DNA of 53,713 nt from Prorocentrum cordatum (Eukaryota). Every line of letters begins with the position of its first letter. The stretch's first letter is position 1. A program made the position numbers and the translations under genes. Of this stretch, positions 1 through 11,083 are shown in pieces. The stretch spans positions 62,001 through 115,713 of the forward strand of contig CAUYUJ010000294.1 of NCBI GenBank assembly GCA_963575745.1. The letters are read 5' to 3'. The notes under the pieces are model-generated. The model was not told the origin of the DNA. It made no database searches and saw only the letters and a list, made by a program, of their open reading frames with translations.

Positions 1-29
1 GGCACGCCAGGACGCTTCGCCACTGCTTG

Positions 30-205
30 AGAGAAGGGGCGGGCTTTCTCAGAAGGCTAGGAAGCCCCCCGGCCTCCTGAAACGTGTTCTAAGCCTGCCC
101 CGAAGACACAGAAGAACCTCTCGGAAGGCCAGAGGGCTTCCGAGAAGTCCCGCCGCACTCCGAGCAGGCCGTCTCCTTCGCACTTCCCCCCTCGCTCGCC
201 GCCGA
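30..205. mobile_element. MITE-like family B copy (left end degraded)
   Basis: Internal TTCTCAGAAGGC repeats and right end CACTTCCCCCCTCGCTCGCCGCCGA are shared with 10070-10233 and 14770-14966. Confidence 0.55.
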
Positions 206-569
206 GTTGGACGAGGATGATGTCATGATCGGATCGGCTCAGGATGATGCGCTTCAGGACTGCACGGGTGCCTGGCGGCGCTCGTCTCTGGAGCCCGCGC
301 GGAGCCGTTGGGCATCTGAGAGGCCCTGGAGATCCTGGGAGCCCTTCGGCATACCATTCTCAGGACCCCTTGCTCCTCTGAGCTGGGCAGCTGCTCCGCC
401 CCGGGCCCCGACGAGCGAACCGGGACTGTCTTGGCGCCCCTGCGGGTGGCCTGTGGGCTCTGCGTGGCATTCTCGGGTGGGCGCTGGACCCCCCCTCCCG
501 AGCGGCGCGAGGCGCGCCTCAGGGGCCCTTCTTTCGACGATGTGATGCTCGTGCCGCTGCCCGCTCTTC

Positions 570-846
570 CGATGAAGAGCCCCATGAGCATGCAGACCTC
601 GGGGCGCGCCAGCCAGGCAAACTCCGGGGACAGCGGGTACGCCGCCGCGTCCAGCTGGTGGAAGAGGCTCAGCAGGAACGCGGGCATCGTGGCGCGGATG
701 CCAGCCCCGCCGCTCAGCACAGCCGCCACCGCGAAATGGTGGAAACTGCACAGCGATGCTGTGCCCGGAGCATCCGGACCTCCAGCGCCCGCAGACGCAG
801 CGGCTTGCCACGGCTCGTCGGCGAACTCGAACCCGGACGCGGGCAT
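570..846 (-). CDS. Probable first exon of a DUF4126-like membrane protein gene (continues leftwards, probably off-window)
   Basis: ORF 223..846(-) contains FAVAAVLSGGAGIRATMPAFLLSLFH...YPLSPEFAWLARPEVCMLMGLFI, which resembles the DUF4126 N-terminus (AGlRaylPll...lppgFeWL..p.v....g). The resemblance stops at about 570, taken as the exon end (inferred). A relict spliced leader lies 60 nt upstream of the ATG. Confidence 0.5.
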
Positions 847-899
847 GGCCCGCTGCTGGACTCCTCCCCGCAGGCCCGTTCGGAAGGCCAGAGGCGCCC

Positions 900-917
900 C
901 TCGGACAAAATGGCTGA
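900..917 (-). promoter_or_regulatory. Relict dinoflagellate spliced-leader (DinoSL)-like sequence / trans-splice acceptor region
   Basis: Minus strand reads TCAGCCATTTTGTCCGAG. AGCCATTTTG (906-915) is an exact 10-mer of DinoSL DCCGTAGCCATTTTGGCTCAAG and lies just upstream of the ATG at 846. Confidence 0.5.
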
Positions 918-1158
918 GGATAGGCGAGTGGGTATGGGGTCCAGGACGAGGATGACGACGATGGTGACAGTGACAGCGACACGGATGACGAGGGAGGGCG
1001 GGTGGGGGGACGCAGCAGAAGGAGAAGCACTGGCATAAGACAACCCCCGTCGCTCACGCACCCCTGGCAGGGGGGGAAGACGGGCGAGCACCACCGGGCC
1101 CCCACACGCCCCAGGCAGGCGTGGACTCCTGGTCAGGCTGGCGTGCCAACACCTGAGC

Positions 1159-1327
1159 TTAAGTCGGGCCTGCCCCCCTACAGGCCGACTTGAACGAAAA
1201 ATCAAAAAAATAGTCAAAACATATTCGACCCTACTCAGAAATGGTTTTAAACAATCATATCGTCGGCATAACATGTTTTCTGACTATGCTTGACTCTTCC
1301 TCCTGTAGAAGGACACGCCCGACTTGA
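1159..1327. mobile_element. MITE family A copy
   Basis: TIRs TTAAGTCGGGCCTGCCCCCCTACAGG ... CCTGTAGAAGGACACGCCCGACTTGA around an AT-rich, quasi-palindromic core. Confidence 0.75.
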
Positions 1328-1483
1328 GCCTGGCGTGCCATCTCGAGAGGTCGCCCGGCTCCGCGCCTCCGTGCGCGGGCCCGAGCGGGTTGCCTGCGCG
1401 CCCTCGCAGAGGGCTCCCTGGAGTCCTGGAGAGAATGCCAGCTCGGCGGCCCTGGCCGCGACGCGCCAAACGCGCGGTGATCT

Positions 1484-1640
1484 TTAGGTCGGGCCTGTCC
1501 CCCTACAGGCCGATTTTGGACCAAAAATCGAAAATAGAGAAATGCCCCAAAATGACCCAAAAATGCGCAACAAAATAGTCCACTAACTATGTTTTGACTG
1601 GTTTTGAAGATTCCCCTGCAGAGGGACAGGCCCGACTTGA
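1484..1640. mobile_element. MITE family A copy
   Basis: TTAGGTCGGGCCTGTCCCCCTACAGG ... CCTGCAGAGGGACAGGCCCGACTTGA. Confidence 0.75.
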
Positions 1641-3147
1641 GGTTATCTTCGCCCCCCATTGGGAAGCCCGAAGGTACCGACGCTGCTACTCCCCCGACCT
1701 CTCCCGGGGTGCGTTCTGGCCAGAATTCCGAGGCGGTGGCGGCGAGGGCCTCCCAGGAGGCCCCCAAAGAGAGGAAACGGGCGAAGGGTAGAGGTGTGGG
1801 GTGGGTACCTGATCCTCCCCTCCGACACCGCCGGTGCATCGGCGATGTGGCGCGATCCTGCGACCTGGTCGGCGGAGCTCCCCGGGACCTTGGTCCCTGG
1901 GGGCGCGGGGGGGGGGCCCGCGCCCCGTGGGAGAGGCGGCGTGGTCAGCAAGAGGAGCCAGCGCGTGCGGAGCCTGGAGAGCACACACGCAATGGTCATG
2001 CCTCAAGCGATCCCCACCCGGCGCTCCTCGATTGTGAACGTTTTCTTATTCGGCGTTTCGACATTGGGCGGAAGGGGGTGTTTTACTATTATTGAATGCT
2101 CCTCCTGTAGAGGGACAGGCCCGACTTAACGTTAGGGGGACCGGCTCAAGGGGAGGAATCATCGACCTGGAATGGGCAATGCATCGCCGACAGATCAACG
2201 ATGGGCTCCCGATAGAAAATCCGCACGCTCCTTGGCGGGGTGGGGCAACCAGGCTCCCGTCGGCGATCAGTGGGGTCGGTGCAGCCTCCCCTGAGCCTCC
2301 GTCCCCCCAACGTTGCCCCTCAGGGAAGGGGATCGAAGGGGCCAGGCAGGAGGGAGGTTACTGCTCTCGTCGACTAAGCCACCCTGGCGATCGGCCTTCG
2401 GTGGTACTTCTCGGCACGCCGAGCTGCTGCTGGCACTGTGCAGGGCGAAAAACGGCGGGACGCCTGCTGCCGCCCGCTTGGCCCCTGAAGGCCGCGAGCA
2501 CGGAAAATCGTATCCCTTTTTGAGGGCGGCTCAAAACCAGGCTCTCGCCTGCCTGCCTGCTGCGATTTTCTTCGGAAAGCTACACGTACATAATAGAGGG
2601 GGGGGGGGGGATTGAAGGCATAATGAGGACAGGATCCATCGCGGCTGGACCTAAACGCTTTTTCTGTTTGCTTTGTTTTCGCTGTGTTTTTGTCGCGCAT
2701 CCCTGCCAACACGAAAAACAAGCCACAGCTGAAGACCAGCAAAACCGCGTCAGGTCCAGCCCTGGGCAGGATGAATCAGCGTCGAGTCAGCATATCGGGT
2801 CGAATCGAAATTCGGCTACACGTAAGAAAGACCCTGGGTAAGAGTGACCTTTGGTGCGCGGCTTTCTGGGGGCCAGAGGGGGAACAAACCTGGGCGCGCA
2901 AGCCGCTGCTCCTGCTTCGTTTTCAGCCATCTGGAGACCCATCTGTGCCCGCACCAAAGGTCAGTCCGGCGAAAGGTCACTCTTACGTCTAGTCGAGAAG
3001 TGCGCGTCAGACCAGGCTGCACCGGCACGCCTCATCGAATCGCACCGGCCACGCCAGGACGCACGACGGAGCCGTGCGAGCATCGGGCCACATCGGATCG
3101 CAGGAGCCTCGGAATCGAATCGGACGAGGCTGGAGACGATACTGGTG

Positions 3148-3302
3148 AAGGGGCCCTGGGACACACACATACATAGATACAAATAACAGGATTATTTTCA
3201 CATTTGTTCGGATATGTTGTCTCCCCGCCACTTCCCATATTTTCCCACACTCTCTGGGGAATCGACGATTAATTGTGTCTGTGTTTTTGTTTCCCTCCTG
3301 AA
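3148..3302 (+). repeat. About 155-bp dispersed repeat family C (also about 7349-7510, 7679-7865, 46353-46497, 50544-50704)
   Basis: Shared pattern AAGGGGCCCTGGGACACACA...AGGATT...CCACTTCCCA...GGAATCGACGAT...TGTGTCTGTGT...CCCTCCTGA. All five copies are in the same orientation. Confidence 0.7.
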
Positions 3303-3408
3303 ATAGACTGGACGGATCTGGTCGGAATTGGGCCTGGGAGGGAGAGCGGAGGTGGGCGGGGGGAAAACGGGAGAGCGGAGGGGGGACGGAGGACGGCTGG
3401 CGGAAATG

Positions 3409-3551
3409 GCAGGTCGGGGCTGTCCCCCTACAGGGTGATTGTGGGCGAGTGATAAAACATATTCAAAAAATATCCCCAAATGGTCAAAACACATTCAAAC
3501 ACTTTGACCATTTTTGAATTTGCCTCCTGTAGAGGGACAGGCCCAACTTAA
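3409..3551. mobile_element. MITE family A copy
   Basis: AGGTCGGGGCTGTCCCCCTACAGG ... CCTGTAGAGGGACAGGCCCAACTTAA. Confidence 0.7.
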
Positions 3552-3724
3552 CGGAAATGGAATGAAGGAGCAGGGAGGAGCGGAATAGCGTAGGACGGTG
3601 ATCAAGAAACATCCGTGGGCCCTTTACACGGCAGCCCCGGGCGATGCTCACTGCGTTGGGTCCTCGGCATGACTTTGAGTAAATCGTTCCCAACGGCATA
3701 TGATTCGGCGGTGGACAAATCTCC

Positions 3725-3875
3725 CTTTAGTAAACCTCCCTTTCATGAAAACGGCCTGGGACCGAAACCGACGGACCTGGACCCGCGAAAATGACGGCCG
3801 CGACGCCCTCTCGCGAACCGAAACCGGCCGATTCGCTAATCGACGTGTCAGGGCAGGAGGTCCGTCCACCCCCGA
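3725..3875 (+). repeat. Dispersed repeat family D (also about 15555-15710 and 53285-53390)
   Basis: Shared TTTAG.AAAC...AAAACGGCCT.GG.CC.AAA...TGACGGCCGCGACGCCCTCTCG.GAACCGA...ATCGACGTGTCAGGGC. Confidence 0.65.
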
Positions 3876-4206
3876 ATGAGTGTTTGAAACAGCCTCCCGT
3901 GTTTGCGTGCGTATTCCTCGTCCCTCGTCCTCCCCCTCCCTCGTCCTCCTCGTCCTCCCTCCCCCCCCTCGTCCTCCTCGTCCTCCCCGCGGGGCTCTGG
4001 GCGTGTCTGTAAAAAAGTGTTTGCGTGCATATTCCTCGTCCCTCACTCTTCTGCGGTCACCCTCTTGTCCGCTCGTGCACAGCTCGCCCATCGACGCGCC
4101 CGCTCAGGCCACGGCCTCGGTGCGCCCTCGCAGCCGCCGCGAGACTCCGAGAAAAATGAGGACTCACCGGCATCCGGAAATGACGGGCGGGTTGATGTCT
4201 TTAGAG

Positions 4207-4362
4207 GAAAGAGAGCTGTGCACATACACCGATTCTGGCCAGGACCATCCTGAGCCCAGGATCGGTGCGTACGCCCTCTTACCTTGGCCAGGAAGGTATA
4301 TGCACCGATCCTGGGTCAAGGATGGGCGTTGTCAGGATCGGTGCATGTGCATAGTTCTCTTC
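4207..4362. other. Long imperfect hairpin (about 73-bp arms, 9-nt loop) with nested internal palindromes
   Basis: 4207-4280 is the imperfect reverse complement of 4290-4362. Each arm also self-pairs (CACCGATTCTGG...CCAGGATCGGTG). Confidence 0.75.
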
Positions 4363-4513
4363 GCCCGAGTCTTGGCGACTTCAGCGCTGGTTTCTGACAC
4401 CAGACGGATGGTTCTACCTTGAGAAGGCGGCGGCTTTTCGATCGCCAAACCACTCCATGTTGGCCGATTCTGGGCCGCTGGCGGCGTTCGACCCGGGACG
4501 CCGGCGGAGGAGG

Positions 4514-4711
4514 TGGCCGCCTCGTCGGCACGACCCGAACCTTTCCCGTGTGGGGAGCCCCGAAAACGTGTGATAAACAACACGTGTGATAAAAAACACT
4601 TGTTTTTGTTCACGTGTTTTTTATCACACTTGTTTTTATCACACTTGTTTTTTATCACACTTGGCCGCCTCGTCGGCACGACACGAACCTTTCCCGTGTT
4701 GGGGGAAGCCC
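4514..4711. repeat. About 48-bp direct repeats flanking an AT-rich palindromic GTGTGATAAAAAACAC mini-array
   Basis: TGGCCGCCTCGTCGGCACGAC.CGAACCTTTCCCGTGT...GCCC at 4514-4560 and 4662-4711. The intervening 100 bp is GTGTGATAA units followed by inverted TTATCACAC units. Confidence 0.75.
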
Positions 4712-5241
4712 TGTTAACAAAAACACCGATCGGGAGGAAGCGGCTTCTGGGGGGAAGCATCAACCTGGCATAGGCGATGCGCATCGCCGGTGGCGAAAGG
4801 GCCCCGCGCGATGGCGACGCCACTTGCCCCCCTGGGCTCGGTGGGGCACCCACCACCATCGGCGATGAATGAGCGATTGGGGGTCGACGCATCCCCACGG
4901 GGCCTCTTACCCCCCCTGAAGTTGCCCCTCACGGTCATGGGCGGGGTGGGGCATCTCGGCTCCTATCGGCGATCGATGGGCGATTGGGGGTCCACGCATC
5001 AGCCCCCTGGGCCTGTGACCCCTCCACTGACGCTGCCCCGTGGCTTTCGGGCCAAAGCTCGGCCATCAAGCGGCCGCTCGGGACGACTCTGGCACCCCCG
5101 GAACGCCCTCGACGAGGTGCAGCTGATGGAAGCCATTCTTGGGCTCTGGGCCAGCCTTGAAACCTCGGGCCTCGAGCCTCGAGCCCCAAATCTCGTGCAA
5201 ACTCCAGCCTCGAGCCTCGCGCCCCCCCGAGCTGTGCCCCT

Positions 5242-5500
5242 GGAGGAGGGGAGGAGGAGGAGGAGGAGGAGGAGGAGGAGGAGGAGGAGGAGGAGGAGGA
5301 GGAGGAGAAGGAGGAGGAGGAAGAGTAGGAGGAGGAGGAGGAGGGAGAGGGAGGAGGAGGAGGAGAGGAGGAGAGAGGAGGAGGAGGAGGAGGAAGGAGG
5401 GAGGAGGGGGAGGAGGGTTGAGGGTTGAGGCAATACGGAAGCGCGCCGATACGCGGGAGGAGCGGGAGGAGGAGGAGGAGGAGGAGGAGGAGGAGGAGGA
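5242..5500. repeat. (GGA)n microsatellite region
   Basis: Direct reading. Similar (GGA/CCT)n tracts occur at about 8940-9010, 10762-11162, 12260-12345, 12710-12825, 13220-13263, 16737-16805, 19484-19605, 26120-26445, 26620-26841, 44725-45445, 47638-47682 and 51503-51567. Confidence 0.9.
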
Positions 5501-6032
5501 ACCTCCCCCCCCGCGCCCGCAGGCCTTGGGCGACGCGCCCGCGTCCGCGTCGTCGTCGGAGCGCGCCTCCACGGGCGGCGCGGCCTTCCGCCTCACAACG
5601 GGGGAGTGGGCATGGCGCGGGGGTCGCGCGCGGACGGCAGGCGGCGGGCGGCGACGGCGACGGCGTCGCCCGAGGCTCGGAGGTGGGCACGCACTTTTTG
5701 CGTCGGCGGCTGGGCAGGGGTCGTCTGCGCTGGCGAGATGAGCTGAACGGGGACGCCGTTGAAGCGCATCGATCAGCCACCAGGCGGGAATCGTGGGCAC
5801 ACACACACACACATGTCGGCGGCGAGCGAGGGGGGGAAGCGAGAGGCAGGAGGCCCTCTCCGGAGACGGAGTGGCTTCGAAAGCTTCTCGGAAAGCCGGG
5901 GTACTTCCAGGCCTTCTGAGAAGGCCTGCCTCCCCTCACTTCCCCCCCACGCACACGCACACGCGCAAACACACAAGCACACAAACACACAAACACACGC
6001 GCACGCACGCACGCACGCACGCTCGCTCACGC

Positions 6033-6064
<32 letters not shown>

Positions 6065-6730
6065 GCGCGCAAACAAACACACAGTGAGCGACAAGCCGAC
6101 CTGGGTGAGCTGGCCAACGCCGAGTCACGGCACTCCCATGGCTGAAAACGAGGCAGAAGCTAAGCTGCACAGACAAGTTGGCAGGGCCCACCCTGCGACG
6201 GCGACGACGTCGTCCGAGGCTCAGGGGCTTCGAGGAACAAGCAATGACTGCTACATAACCCTCGGAGGTCCGCGCGGCGTCCTCAGATCGGCGCCCGGGC
6301 CCTCCTGCCGGTGCCTCCAGGGCCGACCCAGGAGATCTGGTGCGGATCTCCGAGAGCCTATGCATGTGCCAAAGCTTGGCTGAACACCCATATCGGCGGC
6401 GGCTGCCTCCACCGAGGGGAGACCATCCCAATAGCGCCATATTCGGGGAGGGCAGCAAGGCTGGCGCGAAGGGCACGTCACGAACGGCAAACGTATCCGT
6501 TTGGACGCCCGAAATGGGCACGGAAAACATGAGTACAATGCCCAACAACAAATGTTGTCCCAAACCAACAGCGGCAGCTGTTGGGCAGGCGGCCTTCTGT
6601 CCCAAATGGACACGGGCCGAGGCGGCGCGGACAGCGAGCCCTGCTCAGAATGAGCAGGAACTGCTGCTGGGTAGGCATTGTACCCACTCCTTCCGTACCC
6701 ATTTCGTTCGTGCAGAATCCATATCCGCGC

Positions 6731-6954
6731 TCGGGGATCTTCTGACCCGGGTCAATCCAGACACGGGTCAGCAGGAAACCAAAAACTGCAATGCATGAAA
6801 AAAACTGCAACGCAGGTCTTCGCAAACCCGGGTCAGCCAGTAGGCGCGGCCGCCTCGCGGCCACGAGCGGCTCGCTAACCCGGGTCAGCCAGACGGGGTC
6901 TTCGCAGGATCCTGCAGGATCCGGCGCTCTGGCTAACCCCCGTCTGCATTGACC
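6731..6954 (+). repeat. About 225-bp dispersed repeat, second copy at 51270-51495
   Basis: TCGGGGATCTTCTGACCCGGGTCAATCCA...GCAGGAAACCAAAAACTGCAA...TCTTCGCAAACCCGGGTC...GGGGTCTTCGCAGGATCCTGC...TGCATTGACC at both loci. Confidence 0.85.
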
Positions 6955-7115
6955 CCCGTCTCAAGGCTCCCGACGCGCCCTCGCGGTCTGGATTCCGGGG
7001 CGCGGCCCCGAGGACACGCGGCCGCCCGGCGGCGCCCCGCGCGGGGCCTCTGCGGAGGAGCGCGCTGCACCCGCGGGGCCCTGCGGCCCAGGGGCCAGGC
7101 CCGCGAGGGCAACGG

Positions 7116-7310
7116 TTAAGTCGGGCCTGTCCCCCTACAGGGGGATTTTCGACGAAGAATAATACATACCCCCAAAATAATCAAAAAACAAATCAAAAAA
7201 TAGTCTGGGTACTATTTTAGGGGGTATGTTGTTGACCTTTGGGGGGCATTGTTGGGGTATTTTGTTATTTTCGTCGAAAATCCCCCTGTAGGGGGCCACG
7301 CCCGACATCA
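7116..7310. mobile_element. MITE family A copy (long-TIR subtype)
   Basis: TTAAGTCGGGCCTGTCCCCCTACAGGGGGATTTTCGACGAA ... TTCGTCGAAAATCCCCCTGTAGGGGGCCACGCCCGACATCA. Confidence 0.8.
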
Positions 7311-10069
7311 GGCAACGGGGTACGGCGCTGCCTGTCGCCCACCACTGAAAGGGGCCCTGGGACACACAAATACATAGACACCATCAACAGGATTCCCAAT
7401 GCTTTCCCATACTTCCTGGGTGCTTGTTTCCCCCCCCACTTCCCACATTTTTCCACATCCTCCTGGGAATCGGCGATCACCTGTGTCTGTGTGTGTTTTC
7501 CCCTCCTGAGATGCCCGTCGCCCACCACGTGCGTCGGATAGGGCGCCGCGCCGGCACGGAGTCGGAGTCGGATCGGGTCGCCCGCGCCAGGCCGCGAAGC
7601 AGCGCCAGACGAGCATACATCACCCAGCATCTCGAGATCGAAGCGGATCGGCGGAGGCAACGTCGGCTTCTAGACTTGAAGGGGGCCCAGGACACACACA
7701 CACACACACACACACATACACACATATATATATATAAATACACACAAATAGAACGATTCCCCATATTTCCCCACATGTTCTGGGTTGCTGTATTCCACCC
7801 CCACTTCCCATATGTTCCGATATTTTCTGAGGAATCGAGGGTTGATTGTGTCTGTGTGTTTCCAGGGCCCCCGAGAGCGCGGCGGGCGCCGTCGAGCAGA
7901 GTGGGGCGTGCGCAGAGCTGCCAGGCAGGAGCGGCTGGGCACGCGCAGACGCGGGTCAAGGGTCCGTGGATCTGGCGCGCGGGCGTTATCTCCGTGGCTC
8001 GGGGGCAGTATCGCGTCGGGCGAAGGGGGGGGGGACAACAAAGGGGGGGTTTGAGAATCAGCTCACGCAGCTGATTTTTTCCCGGCGCCTCCCGGCGCCG
8101 GAGGCGGCCAGGTATCGAGGGATGGGCCCCTCGGTGAGGCCGAAACCAGCTGCATGCAGCAAATTTCGTAGCCCCCCCTTTTCCAATCCCCCCCTTTCGC
8201 CCGGCCCGGCAGTACCACCCGGGACATGGAACCAGGGACACGATCTGGCGACAGACTGCACAGACTTTGAGTGGAAATGGAACCCGTCGCCAGTGTGATC
8301 GCGTTTGTATTCCTCGTTTTGCCGATCGGCGCGGGCCCCCGAACACCCCCATCCCCCCTGGAGTGGATCTTGGCTTCTTTTTGGCGCCTGTTTCGAGCGG
8401 GCGGAGTCTCCCCAAGAGGCAGCACTCTTGCAAACAGTCGCCCGAAGCAGAGGTCTTGAGCCGGACCCCCCCCACCAATGTCGAAACGCCGAATAGAACA
8501 GCGCTCACAATCTACGCGCCGCAATCCGTGGTTTCGCCTCCTCGAGCACGGGCTGAGCCCATGGAGGCCGTGCACGGCCACATGAAGGAGGACGCGAGTC
8601 CTGGGGCCGGGCCACGTGCCCTGGATTCCAGGGCTCCGCCCCAGGACGAGTTCGCCCTTGCTCTCTTCCCAAGACGACGCCCTCATCTTGGGGGTCCTCC
8701 CCAGGACGAGCTCCTTCCTGTGGTCTGCCCAGGACGACGAGATCGTCCTGGGGGGGCTCTTCCCACGTACGCCTTCGCCGTCCCGAGAACTGTCTTGACA
8801 GCTCCAGTGGGCCCGCGGCGGGGCCAGGGCGGCCCGAGGAGCGGGGAAGTCATCTCGGGACCCGTCCACGCCCCTGTCCTCCGTGGCCGCCTCCGCCCTC
8901 CCCCGCCGACCCTCCCCCTCCCGCCCGCCTCCTCGGCCCTCCACCTCCTCCTCCTCCTCCTCCTTCTCCTCCTCCTCCTCCTCCTCCTCCTCCTCCTCCT
9001 CTTCCTCCTGCATCCCTCCCCCCTCCTGCTGCCTCCTCCTGCATTCCTCCCCCCTTCTCCGCCTCCTCCCGGGCTCCCCAGACGGAGTCAAGGCCCCCGC
9101 GGTCGCGCGGCTGGGGGCCGGGCGTGCGGGGCGGCGAGACCCGTCGCCCCCCGCCTCGCGCTCTCGCTCCTCGGACCCCCGACGTCGTGGCGGTGCCACA
9201 GCGTATACAGCGTCTGCCCGACCACGAGAAGCCTTCCACGAGAGACCCAACACTGGGGAACCCCAGTGGCGCCCATTGTGTTTTGCTGTGGGCACGCAAC
9301 GCTTCCCTTGGCAAAACCATCGAAACCCAAGAAAGCCAGGGCACCCTGGAGGCAAGCAGGGTGTTTCTTGGCATGGGTCTTCACTGTCGATCCACGGGGA
9401 GGTCTGGCCAGGGACGAGAATAAGGGGGGGGGCAGGGACGTAATGAAATAGGACAGGCGCCCCGAGTATACCCCCCTCTTTGCCTTCCCCCCCCTGGTCA
9501 TCACCACCCTCTTTGCCGCCCCCGAGTATACCCTCGACCAGGATAGTAAGGATGCGCGGCAAGGATGCGAGGGCCTTGGAACGCCATGGGCGCAGCGGCT
9601 GGAAAGCATCCCGAAGCAAAGGACCACCTCCCGGGGTCAACGAAAACGTCTGCCAACCTCCAGCACAAACTCCCGCAAACATATTGGGCGGCGCGCCCGG
9701 GGGAGGGTGAGAACGGGTGGGCCTTGTGGGAAGGCTCGGAGGTCCTTCGGCCTTCCGAGAAATTGCCTGACCCCCCCCGAAGGCGCAAACAGCTTATCAG
9801 AAGGCCGGAGGGCTTCTGAGAAGCCCCGCCGCCTTCACGAAGACGCCTGACGACCTCCAACACAAACTTCCGCAACACACATGAACGACAAGAAGAAACG
9901 GGTCTTATGCCCGAGATGGCATGGCGACCGTACGCGTGATGGCTTACGCGGGCCACCAGCGCGGCACGCTACTTTGGAGAGGAAGACGCTTACGCGCGAA
10001 CTTCCGCGAGAAGCTTACGCGCCAATGTCGGCGCAGACGGTCCCGATCTGTTGGCGTCGCTCACATATG

Positions 10070-10233
10070 TCGGCGGCGAGCGGGGGGGAAGTGAGAAGGA
10101 GAGGGCCCTCTCAGGAGGCGACGTGACTTATCAGAAACCCTCGCGCCTTCTGAGAAGATTTCTTTTGTCTTCGGGGAAGGCTTAGCAAACTTCTCAGCGC
10201 CCCTTCTCACTTCCCCCCCGGGCTCGCCGCCAA
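10070..10233. mobile_element. MITE-like family B copy
   Basis: TCGGCGGCGAGCGGGGGGGAAGTGAGAAG ... CTTCTCACTTCCCCCCCGGGCTCGCCGCCAA terminal inverted repeats. Related copies at about 5816-5950, 9686-9850, 25270-25410 and 43859-44035. Confidence 0.7.
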
Positions 10234-11051
10234 CAAAGGTCACTCTGGAGATGGGCCCCTCTGACGTGCAGCCGAAAGCCCTGGGCGATGCCATACTGAG
10301 CCGAATGCGCAAACGGGAGGGGGGACAAAGGAAGGTAAACCCTCCGTGCACCTTTATAGGTCTCCTAGATGAGGTCTGAGTAGATGGGGTCCAAGGACCG
10401 CGCCACATCGGCGATTCATCGGCGACGTCGGCGATGCATCGGCGCCGTCGCAGTGGTGAAAATCGGGCTCCACATCGAGCCGCATCGGCGATGCATCGGC
10501 GATGCGGCGCGATCCTCCGACCCCACGTGCTCGGACCCCATCTGGGAGGCCTAGAACCTTTCAGGGCCCCTTGCCTGCAGCCCTCAATCCGCCCCCGCGT
10601 ACCAGGGCAGAACCTAAGAGGTGTTTTGCATGTTCGTTTTATGTGTCCGTTCTTCCTCGTTGTACTTTCGCTTCGCCTTGAACGCAGAAAAAAAAAACGA
10701 CACACCTAACAGCCCACCAAATGGCCAAACAACCGTTTAGGTCCAGCCCTTCCGTGGCCGCCCTCCTCTCCTCCTCCTCCTCCTCCTCCTCCTCCTCCTC
10801 CTCCTCCTCCTCCTCTCCTCCTCCTCCTCCTCCTCCTCCTCCTCCTCCTCCTCCTCCTCCTCCTCCTCCTCCTCCTCCTCCTCCTCCTCCCTCCACCACC
10901 TCCTCCTCCTCCTCCTCCTCCTCCTCCTCCTCCTCCTCCTCCTTCCTCCACCTCCTCCTCCTCCTCCTCCTCTCCTCCTCCTCCTCCTCCTCCTCCTCCT
11001 CCTCCTCCCCTCCTCCTCCTCCTCCTCCCTCCTCCTCCTCCTCCTCCTCCC

Positions 11052-11083
<32 letters not shown>

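Noticed and set aside
2143..2150. GGCTCAAG as a spliced-leader relic
   Set aside because: It is only 8 nt, lies next to a MITE end and has no convincing downstream CDS, so it is likely chance.
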